A stretch of DNA of 64,000 bases from Bacilli bacterium (GTDB lineage Bacteria; Bacillota_I; Bacilli_A; RFN20; CAG-826). The notes beneath the pieces are model-generated. The model was not told where the DNA came from. It worked only from the letters and a program-made list of their open reading frames with translations, and made no database searches. The DNA lies in contig JAFYAZ010000039.1 in the NCBI GenBank assembly GCA_017540455.1, positions 5,587 through 69,586 on the forward strand. The letters run 5' to 3'. Shown here piece by piece: positions 8,550 through 17,082 of the stretch (position 1 is the stretch's first letter; every line of letters starts with the position of its first letter). The translations under genes were made by a program, and so were the position numbers.

Positions 8550-11500
8550 TTGTTTTGGAGCCGTAGTTAAGAACCTTGACGAAGTCTTCCTCAGTCATTG
8601 GACGACCGAACAAGTAACCTTCAAGTCCTTTGGCGCCAAGAGAGATGGCAAGATCCCTTTGCTCAGCGTTCTCGATACCGGTGACGTAGATGTCGAAGTC
8701 GTTTCTCATCGCTGCATCTAGGAAGCGTGAGAAGTTAGCAAGCTCGTTTTCGTTCGTGGCCGCATTCCAGATGAGAGATCTCTCGGTCTTGATGATATGG
8801 ACGCCGAAGGATTTAAGGACCTCAAGAGGAACCTTATCTGGCGTGTGGTCGACACATTCGAAGACAACGCCAAGAGGCGTGAGCTCGGACATGACCTTCT
8901 TGATGGCCTCTTCCTCGTCGAGGAAGAAGGCGCTATTGATTTCAAGATGCATGTACTCACGTGGGAAGCGGTTCCTTTCGAGAATGGCTTTGACCTTCTC
9001 TGGGAATTCTGGGTCCCTAAGGGAGTCGATGGAAAGATACATCGAAAGACACTTGATGCCGACGGCTTTGAAGATGCCTGAACCATATAAGCTATAGAGC
9101 TGACCCATCATCGAGATGGCGCCGATATCGACGCGGGAGACGAGTTTTTCTTTGTTCGCGATAGGAATGAATTCACGAGGAGCGATCGGGAGTTTGTCAC
9201 GTCCATAAAGGGCGGAACGGATATCGCCTCCGATGACCTTGAGGGTGCCGCAGTCGACGATTGGCTGAGTGAGGATCGGAAGGGCGTCAGCGTCAAGCGT
9301 AGCCTGGAGGATATCGAGGATGTACTCGCTTCTCAGGGCTTTTCTTGGGTGGCGGTTTGCGACCTCGACGACATAGCCTGGGCCATAGGTCCTCTCACTT
9401 CTGATGAGCTCGTCTTTGATGGTCTGGACCATTTGCTTGGTGGTGACGATTTCAGATGGGTATGCGACGGCGCAGAAAGCGTAGTTGGCGTTGTATCTGA
9501 ATTCCCTGGCTTCAAGAGGATGGGAAAGGATCTCCGCCGCTTCTTCGACGAAGTCCATCATCTTGATCTTGGTGTAGCCCTTAAGGAGGAAGGAGATGCT
9601 ATATGTGTCGAACCTGTAAAGGAGTTCGCCATAGCCAGCATCCTGGAAGTTGGCGACGATGGAGGACATAAGCGAGTTCGCATCGGACTGCGGGAGCTCT
9701 CTTAAGGCCGCCTCGTAATCGACGAGGGAGCAAGAGACGATATAACCGCGGGCGGTCTTGGCTTTGAGCTCACGGTTGACATCGATTGAAAGAGCCTGGG
9801 CGTTCTTGATGAGGAGGGAATCATCGACAAGATGGCTTCCGGCGACAAGGCCTTGGGTCGTGCCACGCTCGATCATGATGGTCGATTCGTCGTTATTCGC
9901 TCCACGGTACTGGAGAATCGAGATCTGGGATTCGGATGGGCCGATGCTTGGGATGACACGGTGATCAGCGCCGTATCTAAGAGGGCAATGGCTGCATGGT
10001 TTGTCATGGCCTGTACGAAGTACCTTGTAGCAGATATCGCCTTCGTGAGCGCCTGGGAAGGCGTGCTTAAGGTTATCCGACATGTAAGTGATCGTATGGG
10101 TCGGACGGTCGACGGAATAGAGGTATCTGCTGGTTCTAGAGGCAAGGTTATCGAGAAGGTCATGGAGGGAATCGTCTCTCTTAGCGAGGATGTTGCCGAT
10201 GAGCATGTTGCTGAAGAAAGAGACCGCGGTCATGAAGTCTTCTTTGCTAGAAATCGAGGTTCCACTTCTCTTATTCGGAGAAAGCATGTAGATGAAACCG
10301 TAGTCGTTATTTGGGGAATCAAGGGTGGCGATGAAGAAAGACTCCATTCCTAAGGAAAGGATTGGCTCTGCGAGTTCTTTTGGAAGATCGGTGCGGGCGT
10401 TGCCGACGAACATCGTGTCTTTCTTCGCTTCGTTCACAAATGGGCCGACGAATGATAGATGGAGAACGGAACCGAAACGGGAGAAGCCTTTGTTTCCTTC
10501 GACACGAGCAGTCTCAAAGAGGAGACGGTAGTCTCTTGTCTTCTCACCATATTCATAGACGCCGGCGACTTCAAAATCGCTTTGGGTCATGAGCCACTGG
10601 ATGGCGTTCTTCAGGGCTTCGATCTCGCCTGCGTAATCCTTCGCGTGCTTGATCTCGTATTCCCATTTCTCGAAGTTGGCGAGGAAGAGAATGCGTTTGG
10701 AGGATTCGCTTAAGATGCGGTGAGGATAGTAGACGTCTTTGACGCCGTAGCTGAGATTGACTTCCCCTTCTTCTTTGAGGGCTTTCTCAGCTTCATCTAA
10801 GAAGTTATTGAGGGAGCAATACGGATAGATGACTCCGCCGATTTTGGCATGGACAAACTTCTCAACTGAAGTCGACTTATCGATCTTCAAAACGTTGAAA
10901 TTCGTGACAAATCCCTCACAAACCGTCTCTAAACCGAGGAAGGATTCGACGTTGAAGATATAAAGGGCGAGGGTCTTTTCATCGTATTTGCCAAGCATCG
11001 AATGAGGGAAGGTTTCTCTCACTTTGGCGGTCAAGGCTTCGAAGTCTTTTTCTTCGTAGGTCTTCGCGCCCTCTAAAGAGATCAAGAGGAGAGCGCTTCG
11101 ATATGAATCGTTCTTCTGGACTTCTTTCTTTAAGTTCTCGGTGAATGTCTCTTTGTCATAGACAAGACCCTGTTCGATGTCTTTATTGATAGCCTCGTCG
11201 CTAGCTTTGCCAACATAGACAAGACGGTAGTTGGAATAGTCGGCGATCGCCTGGTTCATCTGCTGCTGAATCTCAGTGAAAGCAGGGAGAACCTTGTCAT
11301 AGTCCTTGTTGATGGTCAAGAAGTTGCCATCGGCGAAGCTTCTGATCTGGGAACTGATGTCTTTGGCGAGCTTATCACCTTTCCTTGTGTAATCAAGGCC
11401 AAGATGGATGATGGTGACCGCAACCGTCAAAGCGGAGATGAGGAGGACGCCAAAACTCACCCATAAAAGGATTTTGTTCTCAAAATAGTAGGCAAATGGG

Positions 11501-11613
11501 ATGCCAACGGCCGAAATGACGAATAAGCCAAGGAAGACGGCGCCGACCACTGTCGAAGCGCGGTTCTTAAGGAAGGCCTTAAGATTGACGAGTTTGGTTT
11601 TGTTCTTTTTCAT
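8536..11613 (-). CDS. membrane protein with degenerate GGDEF-like region(s), a Cys-rich sensor segment and a degenerate (probably non-catalytic) EAL domain; candidate c-di-GMP receptor
   Basis: 1025 aa with two N-terminal TM helices. The C-terminal EAL-fold is recognisable (LTQPIVD..., REFIPIA, LEGYLFGRPM). Its key motifs are substituted: EAL becomes SAL, ELTE becomes LEINS, DDFG becomes VDHTP, and EGVE becomes TGIE. There is no GGDEF/GGEEF signature. A CYKV..PCSHCP motif sits mid-protein. Confidence 0.6.
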   Translation of the reverse strand: MKKNKTKLVNLKAFLKNRASTVVGAVFLGLFVISAVGIPFAYYFENKILLWVSFGVLLISALTVAVTIIHLGLDYTRKGDKLAKDISSQIRSFADGNFLTINKDYDKVLPAFTEIQQQMNQAIADYSNYRLVYVGKASDEAINKDIEQGLVYDKETFTENLKKEVQKNDSYRSALLLISLEGAKTYEEKDFEALTAKVRETFPHSMLGKYDEKTLALYIFNVESFLGLETVCEGFVTNFNVLKIDKSTSVEKFVHAKIGGVIYPYCSLNNFLDEAEKALKEEGEVNLSYGVKDVYYPHRILSESSKRILFLANFEKWEYEIKHAKDYAGEIEALKNAIQWLMTQSDFEVAGVYEYGEKTRDYRLLFETARVEGNKGFSRFGSVLHLSFVGPFVNEAKKDTMFVGNARTDLPKELAEPILSLGMESFFIATLDSPNNDYGFIYMLSPNKRSGTSISSKEDFMTAVSFFSNMLIGNILAKRDDSLHDLLDNLASRTSRYLYSVDRPTHTITYMSDNLKHAFPGAHEGDICYKVLRTGHDKPCSHCPLRYGADHRVIPSIGPSESQISILQYRGANNDESTIMIERGTTQGLVAGSHLVDDSLLIKNAQALSIDVNRELKAKTARGYIVSCSLVDYEAALRELPQSDANSLMSSIVANFQDAGYGELLYRFDTYSISFLLKGYTKIKMMDFVEEAAEILSHPLEAREFRYNANYAFCAVAYPSEIVTTKQMVQTIKDELIRSERTYGPGYVVEVANRHPRKALRSEYILDILQATLDADALPILTQPIVDCGTLKVIGGDIRSALYGRDKLPIAPREFIPIANKEKLVSRVDIGAISMMGQLYSLYGSGIFKAVGIKCLSMYLSIDSLRDPEFPEKVKAILERNRFPREYMHLEINSAFFLDEEEAIKKVMSELTPLGVVFECVDHTPDKVPLEVLKSFGVHIIKTERSLIWNAATNENELANFSRFLDAAMRNDFDIYVTGIENAEQRDLAISLGAKGLEGYLFGRPMTEEDFVKVLNYGSKTTEAK

Positions 11614-11624
11614 GGCCTTTCTCC

Positions 11625-12356
11625 TTATTCGTTGACATCCTCAGTGCGGGCCACGAGGATTCGGGTGATGATCTTGCCGATTGTCGGCATCATCTCTAAG
11701 CCCGTGCGGATGTAGTTGATTCTTTCGCGTTCTTTGCCCATTTGCATCGCGACGCCTTTGATGGTCAAAAGGGCGGTGTTGTTAAGATGGCAAACCATCG
11801 CGATAGCGGCGCTTGTGTTGTCGTAAGCGCGCATGTTCTCTTCTTGGACGAGGAAGTGGTTTTGGACGATGGTTGAGACCTTATTCGGCATGAAATAGAA
11901 AGAGGAACCAGAAAGAAGGAAGCCTCTTTGGACGTATCTCGTCGTCATGAGATAAGCGTTCTTCTCAGCGCGGTCATTGATAAGGTTATCGGCGACGAAG
12001 AATGGGTCTCTTCCTGGGATTTGGCCATAGACGGCCTCTTTGTTATCGGTGAAATCGATGTCAGCGTAGAAATAACGGTCGGCGATGAATAAATCCCCTT
12101 GGCGGAGTTCGTCGCTGAAGCTATAGACCGAGCCGACATTGAAGACCATGTATGGGTCGAACTTCTCGATGATGAGGGTCATGATGATGCCGGCATCAAC
12201 AAGAGATGGTCCTGTCGCGGCAACGATGCAATCCTCACGGAAAATGCTGCCCTGATAGACTTTGAAGCCTCCGGTCAGGGTCACTTCTTTCGGATTCCCC
12301 ATCTTCGCTTTGAAATAGAGGATGTCGTCGCTAGTCGTACCGATTATGGCGATCAT
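11625..12356 (-). CDS. MTA/SAH nucleosidase (Pfs/MtnN, PNP_UDP_1 fold)-like protein, divergent
   Basis: 243 aa. It aligns by eye with E. coli MtnN: IAIIGTTSDD vs IGIIGAMEEE, YGQIPGRDPFFVAD vs YGQLPGCPAGFKAD, and SAAIAMVCH vs ATAIAHVCH. The region of the catalytic ISD(V) reads VAMQMG. Its start overlaps the stop of the upstream EAL gene (ATGA). Confidence 0.55.
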   Translation of the reverse strand: MIAIIGTTSDDILYFKAKMGNPKEVTLTGGFKVYQGSIFREDCIVAATGPSLVDAGIIMTLIIEKFDPYMVFNVGSVYSFSDELRQGDLFIADRYFYADIDFTDNKEAVYGQIPGRDPFFVADNLINDRAEKNAYLMTTRYVQRGFLLSGSSFYFMPNKVSTIVQNHFLVQEENMRAYDNTSAAIAMVCHLNNTALLTIKGVAMQMGKERERINYIRTGLEMMPTIGKIITRILVARTEDVNE

Positions 12357-13927
12357 TTGGCTACCTCCCCTGCTTTCTTCTTCTCGAATGGGTTATTGCT
12401 AAGGAATCTCTGGAATTCGAATTCGCCAAGCGGGCGGCTATAGTAATAGCCTTGGACGGCGTCGATGCCAAGTTCCTTGACGATGTTCTTCTGGATCTCG
12501 GTTTCCACGCCTTCGGCGATGGTCTTCATGCCTAAGGAATGTGAGATGTCATTGATGCAACGGACAAGGTCGCGGCTCTTCTGGTCAAGCTCAACCTCAT
12601 CGATGAAGGACTTATCGATCTTAAGGGTGTCGAAAGGAATCTTCTTTAAGGAAGAGAAAGCCGAATAGCCCATACCGAAGTCATCGATTGAGGTATCAAG
12701 GTCAAGGGCTTTGATCTTTCTGATCATGGCTGAGACGAAGACGGCGTCTTGAGCGGCCATGGATTCGGTGAGCTCAATCTCAATCCATTTAGGATTGATC
12801 TCGTATTTCTCCATCGTTTCCTTATAGAAAGAGAGGATATCTGGCGCAAGAGCGGTTTTTCTGGAAAGGTTGATGGAGACCTTAGGGATACGTTTTCCTT
12901 CGGCCTTCCACTTCTTCATGTTCTTGCAGACCTGCTCGAAGACGTATTTATCGACCTCGATGATACGGCCGGATTGCTCAGCGAACGGGATGAAGAGGGA
13001 TGGAGGGAGAAGACCACGGGATGGGTGGTTCCATCTGACAAGGGCTTCAGCGCCGAAGAAGGTTTCGTCATGAAGGTCGAATTTAGGCTGATAGAAGACT
13101 TGGAGCTGCTCTTCGTTGATGGCGTTGCCTAGTTCGCTAGAAAGGGAACGTTCGCCTTCATCATCCATCATGAATTCCTCGCTATAGACGATGACGTCGC
13201 TAGAGATACGGGATGAGAGGTTATAGGTGCCGGCGATTTGGGCTTTGCTATAGACGTCTTCGAAAGGCTGGCCATGATGGGCGTGATAGACGCCGCAAAG
13301 GATAGCGACATCAGGCATTGTGCCATCTTTCTCGAGGAGATAATTGACTCTTTGGCAGATGGACTGGAGCTCTTCGATGAAAAGGGATTCCTCCCCTCCT
13401 TTTTTGATGAGGATCCAACCCTTGGTTGGGGAGAAACCATAAGCGTAGTTCTTATTGTCTTTGCCAACCGCCTCATGTATCGCGGCATATAAAGCGTCGT
13501 TGATGATACGCGGTCCTTTTTGGCCATAGATGCTACGGAGTCGGGCGATGTTTCTGACATCGAGGACGGCAAAGAGGGATTCCGCTTTCCTTCTAAGCAT
13601 CATGTAGCGATAGTTCTGCTTCAAAGCAGATTCATTGAAGATATAGATCTCCTTCGTGAAGTTGTCTTTGGCGATATCTCTATCTATCGCCGACATCGCA
13701 AGGACGTTCTGGTAGAGAAGGGAGACGACGATGAGAACGGCGTTGACGATGATGGTGACATAAAGGCTGACGATGAAACCAGGCTTGTAGTAGCCTCTGA
13801 TCATGATCGTGTAAAGGATGATTGAGGCGATGGTGTTGATGCCTAAAAGGAGATAGATGATATAGGCGTTCCTCTGGTGGGTCTTATAAGAGAAACGGGA
13901 AGCGAAAAAGTTAAGTAATCGTCTCAT
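12353..13927 (-). CDS. membrane-bound c-di-GMP phosphodiesterase (degenerate GGDEF + canonical EAL)
   Basis: 524 aa with two N-terminal TM helices. The GGDEF position reads GFSPT, so it is degenerate. The full EAL signature set is present: QPKF, EALVRW, SINLS, EIELTES, DDFGMGYS, KIDKSF, EGVET and QGYYYSRP. Its start overlaps the sipW-like stop. Confidence 0.8.
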   Translation of the reverse strand: MRRLLNFFASRFSYKTHQRNAYIIYLLLGINTIASIILYTIMIRGYYKPGFIVSLYVTIIVNAVLIVVSLLYQNVLAMSAIDRDIAKDNFTKEIYIFNESALKQNYRYMMLRRKAESLFAVLDVRNIARLRSIYGQKGPRIINDALYAAIHEAVGKDNKNYAYGFSPTKGWILIKKGGEESLFIEELQSICQRVNYLLEKDGTMPDVAILCGVYHAHHGQPFEDVYSKAQIAGTYNLSSRISSDVIVYSEEFMMDDEGERSLSSELGNAINEEQLQVFYQPKFDLHDETFFGAEALVRWNHPSRGLLPPSLFIPFAEQSGRIIEVDKYVFEQVCKNMKKWKAEGKRIPKVSINLSRKTALAPDILSFYKETMEKYEINPKWIEIELTESMAAQDAVFVSAMIRKIKALDLDTSIDDFGMGYSAFSSLKKIPFDTLKIDKSFIDEVELDQKSRDLVRCINDISHSLGMKTIAEGVETEIQKNIVKELGIDAVQGYYYSRPLGEFEFQRFLSNNPFEKKKAGEVAK

Positions 13928-14985
13928 TGCTTTTCTCCTTCCTTAGCGAATTCGGCTAAAATCTTAGCCTTCTCTTCTTGCTTTATCCTTTCAAGCTCCT
14001 CCGATTTGGCGAGTTCTTCTTTGGCTTTCTTGAATTCTTCGAGGAAGAGGGCCTTCTGCTCTTGCTTCATGGCTTCCATCTCTTTCTCGATCTCTTTTCT
14101 CATCTGGTATTTCTCTTTGAAGATGAGGACGGCTTTCTCGTCGGTTGGATCGATACCGGCGGCAAGCATCTCCGCTTTCATCTCGTCTTCCTCTTTCTTC
14201 TTCTCGACGCGGTATCCCTTGATGAAATCAACGACCGTCATGCCTCCGATGATGAGGATTGGGACGAGGATGGCGACTGGGACGAACCAGACGCTTTGGA
14301 CGGTATGGAGGACGCCTCCGAAGAAGTGGCTATGTGAGATGACGTTGCCAACGTAGTACTTCGATTGGACGGTGTCCCTATATGTTGATTCAACGGCTTT
14401 GCCGGTGACTTTGGTGTACCATTCGGCGTTGAGGTTGTCGCCGCAGGTGTAGAAAGTCATCTCGGATTTGCCACTCCAGTTAGGGATGATATGGGTGAGG
14501 GTGTGCTCTTTGTCTTCTTTTGAGCGGGTCTGGAAGGATTTGCCTTCTTCGAGCTCTACGGTTTCGCCACCAGTGAACCAGGTAATACCGCTATCGATGG
14601 TATATTCGAAGGCAGGAGAGACTTCGAAAGAGCCTTTTTCCCCTGCTTTTGCTGGGGATTCCACGATTTCGATGACACGGTGGGAGACGCAGTATCCGAT
14701 CGCGTCGCTATAGAAGGCGATGATCTCGCCGGCTTTTACATCGTTAACGTCTTTCTTCTGGATGACGACGCCTTCGCCCGCGTCAAAGGAATCAGGATTC
14801 TTCCCTTCCATTGAGTCGGTGAGGACTTCCATGAAGCTATAGCCGAAAAGAGATGGGATGCCATAGTTGTTGTTCTTGGTGATGAACATATCAATCTGAA
14901 GTCCCAAAATCAAAACGATGAGGGCACCGAGGATGATGTCCACGATCTTCGAGGCGATTTTTTTCTTCTTCTTTTGCTCTTCCAT
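13924..14985 (-). CDS. sipW: SipW-type (ER/archaeal-type, S26B) signal peptidase I with large insertions and a C-terminal TM + E/K-rich coiled-coil tail
   Basis: 353 aa. It has an N-terminal TM, the catalytic-Ser box VLTDSMEG (cf. SGSMEP), the His box SHRVIEI and the GDN box TCGDNLNAEW. A second TM (VWFVPVAILVPILIIGGMTVV) is followed by ~100 aa of KE-rich predicted coiled coil. It is about twice the length I recall for B. subtilis SipW. Confidence 0.7.
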   Translation of the reverse strand: MEEQKKKKKIASKIVDIILGALIVLILGLQIDMFITKNNNYGIPSLFGYSFMEVLTDSMEGKNPDSFDAGEGVVIQKKDVNDVKAGEIIAFYSDAIGYCVSHRVIEIVESPAKAGEKGSFEVSPAFEYTIDSGITWFTGGETVELEEGKSFQTRSKEDKEHTLTHIIPNWSGKSEMTFYTCGDNLNAEWYTKVTGKAVESTYRDTVQSKYYVGNVISHSHFFGGVLHTVQSVWFVPVAILVPILIIGGMTVVDFIKGYRVEKKKEEDEMKAEMLAAGIDPTDEKAVLIFKEKYQMRKEIEKEMEAMKQEQKALFLEEFKKAKEELAKSEELERIKQEEKAKILAEFAKEGEKQ

Positions 14986-14989
14986 CTAA

Positions 14990-17041
14990 CTATTTGGCTT
15001 TCTTGATGCGGAAAACTTTTTCTTTGCTCTCTGGCTTCTCTTCTTTGGCGTCTTTCTTCACCTTGATGAACTTCGGCGAAGCGGCTTTGTTTTGCTCAGC
15101 GTGAGGACTACCGACGAAGGTGATATGTCCGAATGGGTCGGTCTTGATTCCGCCGATATCGAGTGCGTACTTCGAATAACCCCTACGGACGCGGACCACG
15201 GTAGGCGTGATCTTCTCGATTTTTTTGCTTGGGGCGATGATGGTCACTGTCTTTCCTCTTTCTTCTTCGGAGCGTTTCTCTTTTTCGACTTCGGCAAGGC
15301 GGGCTTTGTTCTTCTCTTCTTCGGCGAGCCTTTCTTCAAGTTCGGCGATTCGTTTGGCTTGGGACTCGTTTTCCTTCTGGAGCGCCTCTAACTGTTCTTT
15401 GTCGGCGTTATATTGCTCGAGCGGAACGGTGAAGGTCTGTCCATCGGAGAGGGCTTCTTCGGAGGCTGTCTCAACTGGAGCAGACTCCCCTGCAGCTTCT
15501 TCAGCGAGTGGCTCTGGTCCTTCGACGATTGGAGCAGGTCTACCCTTGGCGAGCTCATCGGCGATCGATTCATCAAGAGGAGCGTCTTCTTGCGCCATAG
15601 CGAGGATTCTTTCGCGGGCTTCTTTGAGGAGTTCGTTTTCTCTCGCTAAACGGATCTCGGTCTCGATTCTGATTTTTTCTTCGAGCTCACGGAGTTTCTG
15701 GGCTTCTTCTTCTTGGCGTTTGGCTTCAGCCGCAGCGCGTTCTTCTTCGAGTTGCTTCTCTTCCGCTTTACGGCGTTCCATCTCGGCGATGATGGCTTCC
15801 TGATCCATGAAGTTTCTCTCTTCTTCGGCTTGTTCACGGAGCTCTTTGGCGGTGAGCATCTCGGCGGTCAGGTATTCGTTGTCGCTTTCTTTGAAGGCTT
15901 TGACCTCGTCTGGGGTCCAGGCGAAATCCTTCTCTTCTGGCTCTCTTTCTGGGGTGACAAGAAGGGATTCGTGCTCTGGGAACTGGTCGTAGCGGAACTT
16001 ATGGGAAAGGAAGGTCTCATCCTCAAGAGAAAGCATGACCTTTGGCTCAAAATGCTTGGTCATCGCTTTGGCGGATTCCTTCTCATCCTTGGTTTTGACT
16101 TTTCTGTTGTCGATGAGGTGGGTATGGAGGGTGGCCATTGAGGCAGCGGTTAACCCATAGACCTCATTGAAGTAGCTCTCATCGAATTCGCCCTTCTTCT
16201 CCTCAATATCGAAGGAGATGCCGAGTTTGGTGTATGAATCGATGAACTTCCAAAGGACCGCGACTTTGTGGTAGTCAGGGTTCTTTAAAAGGAGGTTGGT
16301 CATCTGGAGTGGTGAGTGGACACTTTTGGCGTCCTTCATCTCCTCCATGAATGGGGACTTGATATAGAAGTTGACGCGTTCGGAAAGGTTCTTGATACGG
16401 GCAAGGAGCATCTTGTTCTTCTCGTATTCGCCTTTATCGTCGGATTCGATGGAGATCTTGATGCGATTATCGACTTCGTAACGGACTCCATCGATCTCGG
16501 TCTTTGAGTGGATGAAAAGAACATCGGAGTTACGGGTCTCACCCTTATCCGAGATGAACTGGACACGTTTCTCAACGAAGAAAGTGAGTCGCTGGATGAG
16601 AGACATAAGAACGCGGTTCTCATAGATCTGCATATCGACGTCGGAGCCGATTGAGAGAATGCGTTCAGGGACGATCTGGCCTTGCTTGTTGAAGCCATGG
16701 ATATAACGGGTATGGGACGCTAGATGGCGGATGGAGGTTGAGTTGATACGCTTGGCCTGTCCTGCTAAGACGAGATCCTGCGTCTCCTTGATGAAGGTAC
16801 GAGGATGGGCGATGATGCGGTCGATCGCGTCAAAGCCGGTGTCGAGCTCGGTGACCCATTTGTCGTCGTAGGTCTTGTTTTCGTGGCGGTTCCTTTGGAA
16901 AACACTGTTCTCCCCGGTCTTCTTGATGGCCTCAACGAACGACTTGAAAGGAAGGCTTCCCTTCAAGAGGGAATCCATCTTCTTCATGTAGTCAGCATGA
17001 ACGCGCGTCAGTTTTGCGGTGTCTTTTTCCTTTTTGGCCAT
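14990..17041 (-). CDS. 683-aa coiled-coil protein, partner of the McrB-like ATPase (McrC-position; no nuclease motif seen)
   Basis: The N-terminal ~340-aa globular part contains ...DMQIYENRVLMSLIQRL..., reminiscent of the (T/P)ENR-hydrophobic motif of McrC/DUF2357 N-domains. Residues ~370-620 are an E/K/A-rich coiled coil. The C-terminus is basic. It lies immediately downstream of the McrB-like gene. Confidence 0.45.
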   Translation of the reverse strand: MAKKEKDTAKLTRVHADYMKKMDSLLKGSLPFKSFVEAIKKTGENSVFQRNRHENKTYDDKWVTELDTGFDAIDRIIAHPRTFIKETQDLVLAGQAKRINSTSIRHLASHTRYIHGFNKQGQIVPERILSIGSDVDMQIYENRVLMSLIQRLTFFVEKRVQFISDKGETRNSDVLFIHSKTEIDGVRYEVDNRIKISIESDDKGEYEKNKMLLARIKNLSERVNFYIKSPFMEEMKDAKSVHSPLQMTNLLLKNPDYHKVAVLWKFIDSYTKLGISFDIEEKKGEFDESYFNEVYGLTAASMATLHTHLIDNRKVKTKDEKESAKAMTKHFEPKVMLSLEDETFLSHKFRYDQFPEHESLLVTPEREPEEKDFAWTPDEVKAFKESDNEYLTAEMLTAKELREQAEEERNFMDQEAIIAEMERRKAEEKQLEEERAAAEAKRQEEEAQKLRELEEKIRIETEIRLARENELLKEARERILAMAQEDAPLDESIADELAKGRPAPIVEGPEPLAEEAAGESAPVETASEEALSDGQTFTVPLEQYNADKEQLEALQKENESQAKRIAELEERLAEEEKNKARLAEVEKEKRSEEERGKTVTIIAPSKKIEKITPTVVRVRRGYSKYALDIGGIKTDPFGHITFVGSPHAEQNKAASPKFIKVKKDAKEEKPESKEKVFRIKKAK

Positions 17042-17082
17042 GGTTTAAAAGAGTTTGCTCGGGGGTTTTTATAGGTTAAAGA

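Noticed and set aside
15092-16141. Many overlapping ORFs on both strands (e.g. 15207..15803 +, 15713..16141 +) and apparent tandem-repeat look of the DNA
   Set aside because: They are by-products of the GAA/GAG/AAG-rich coding sequence of the E/K-rich coiled coil in gene 14990..17041. I found no exact DNA tandem repeat unit, only low-complexity codon usage.
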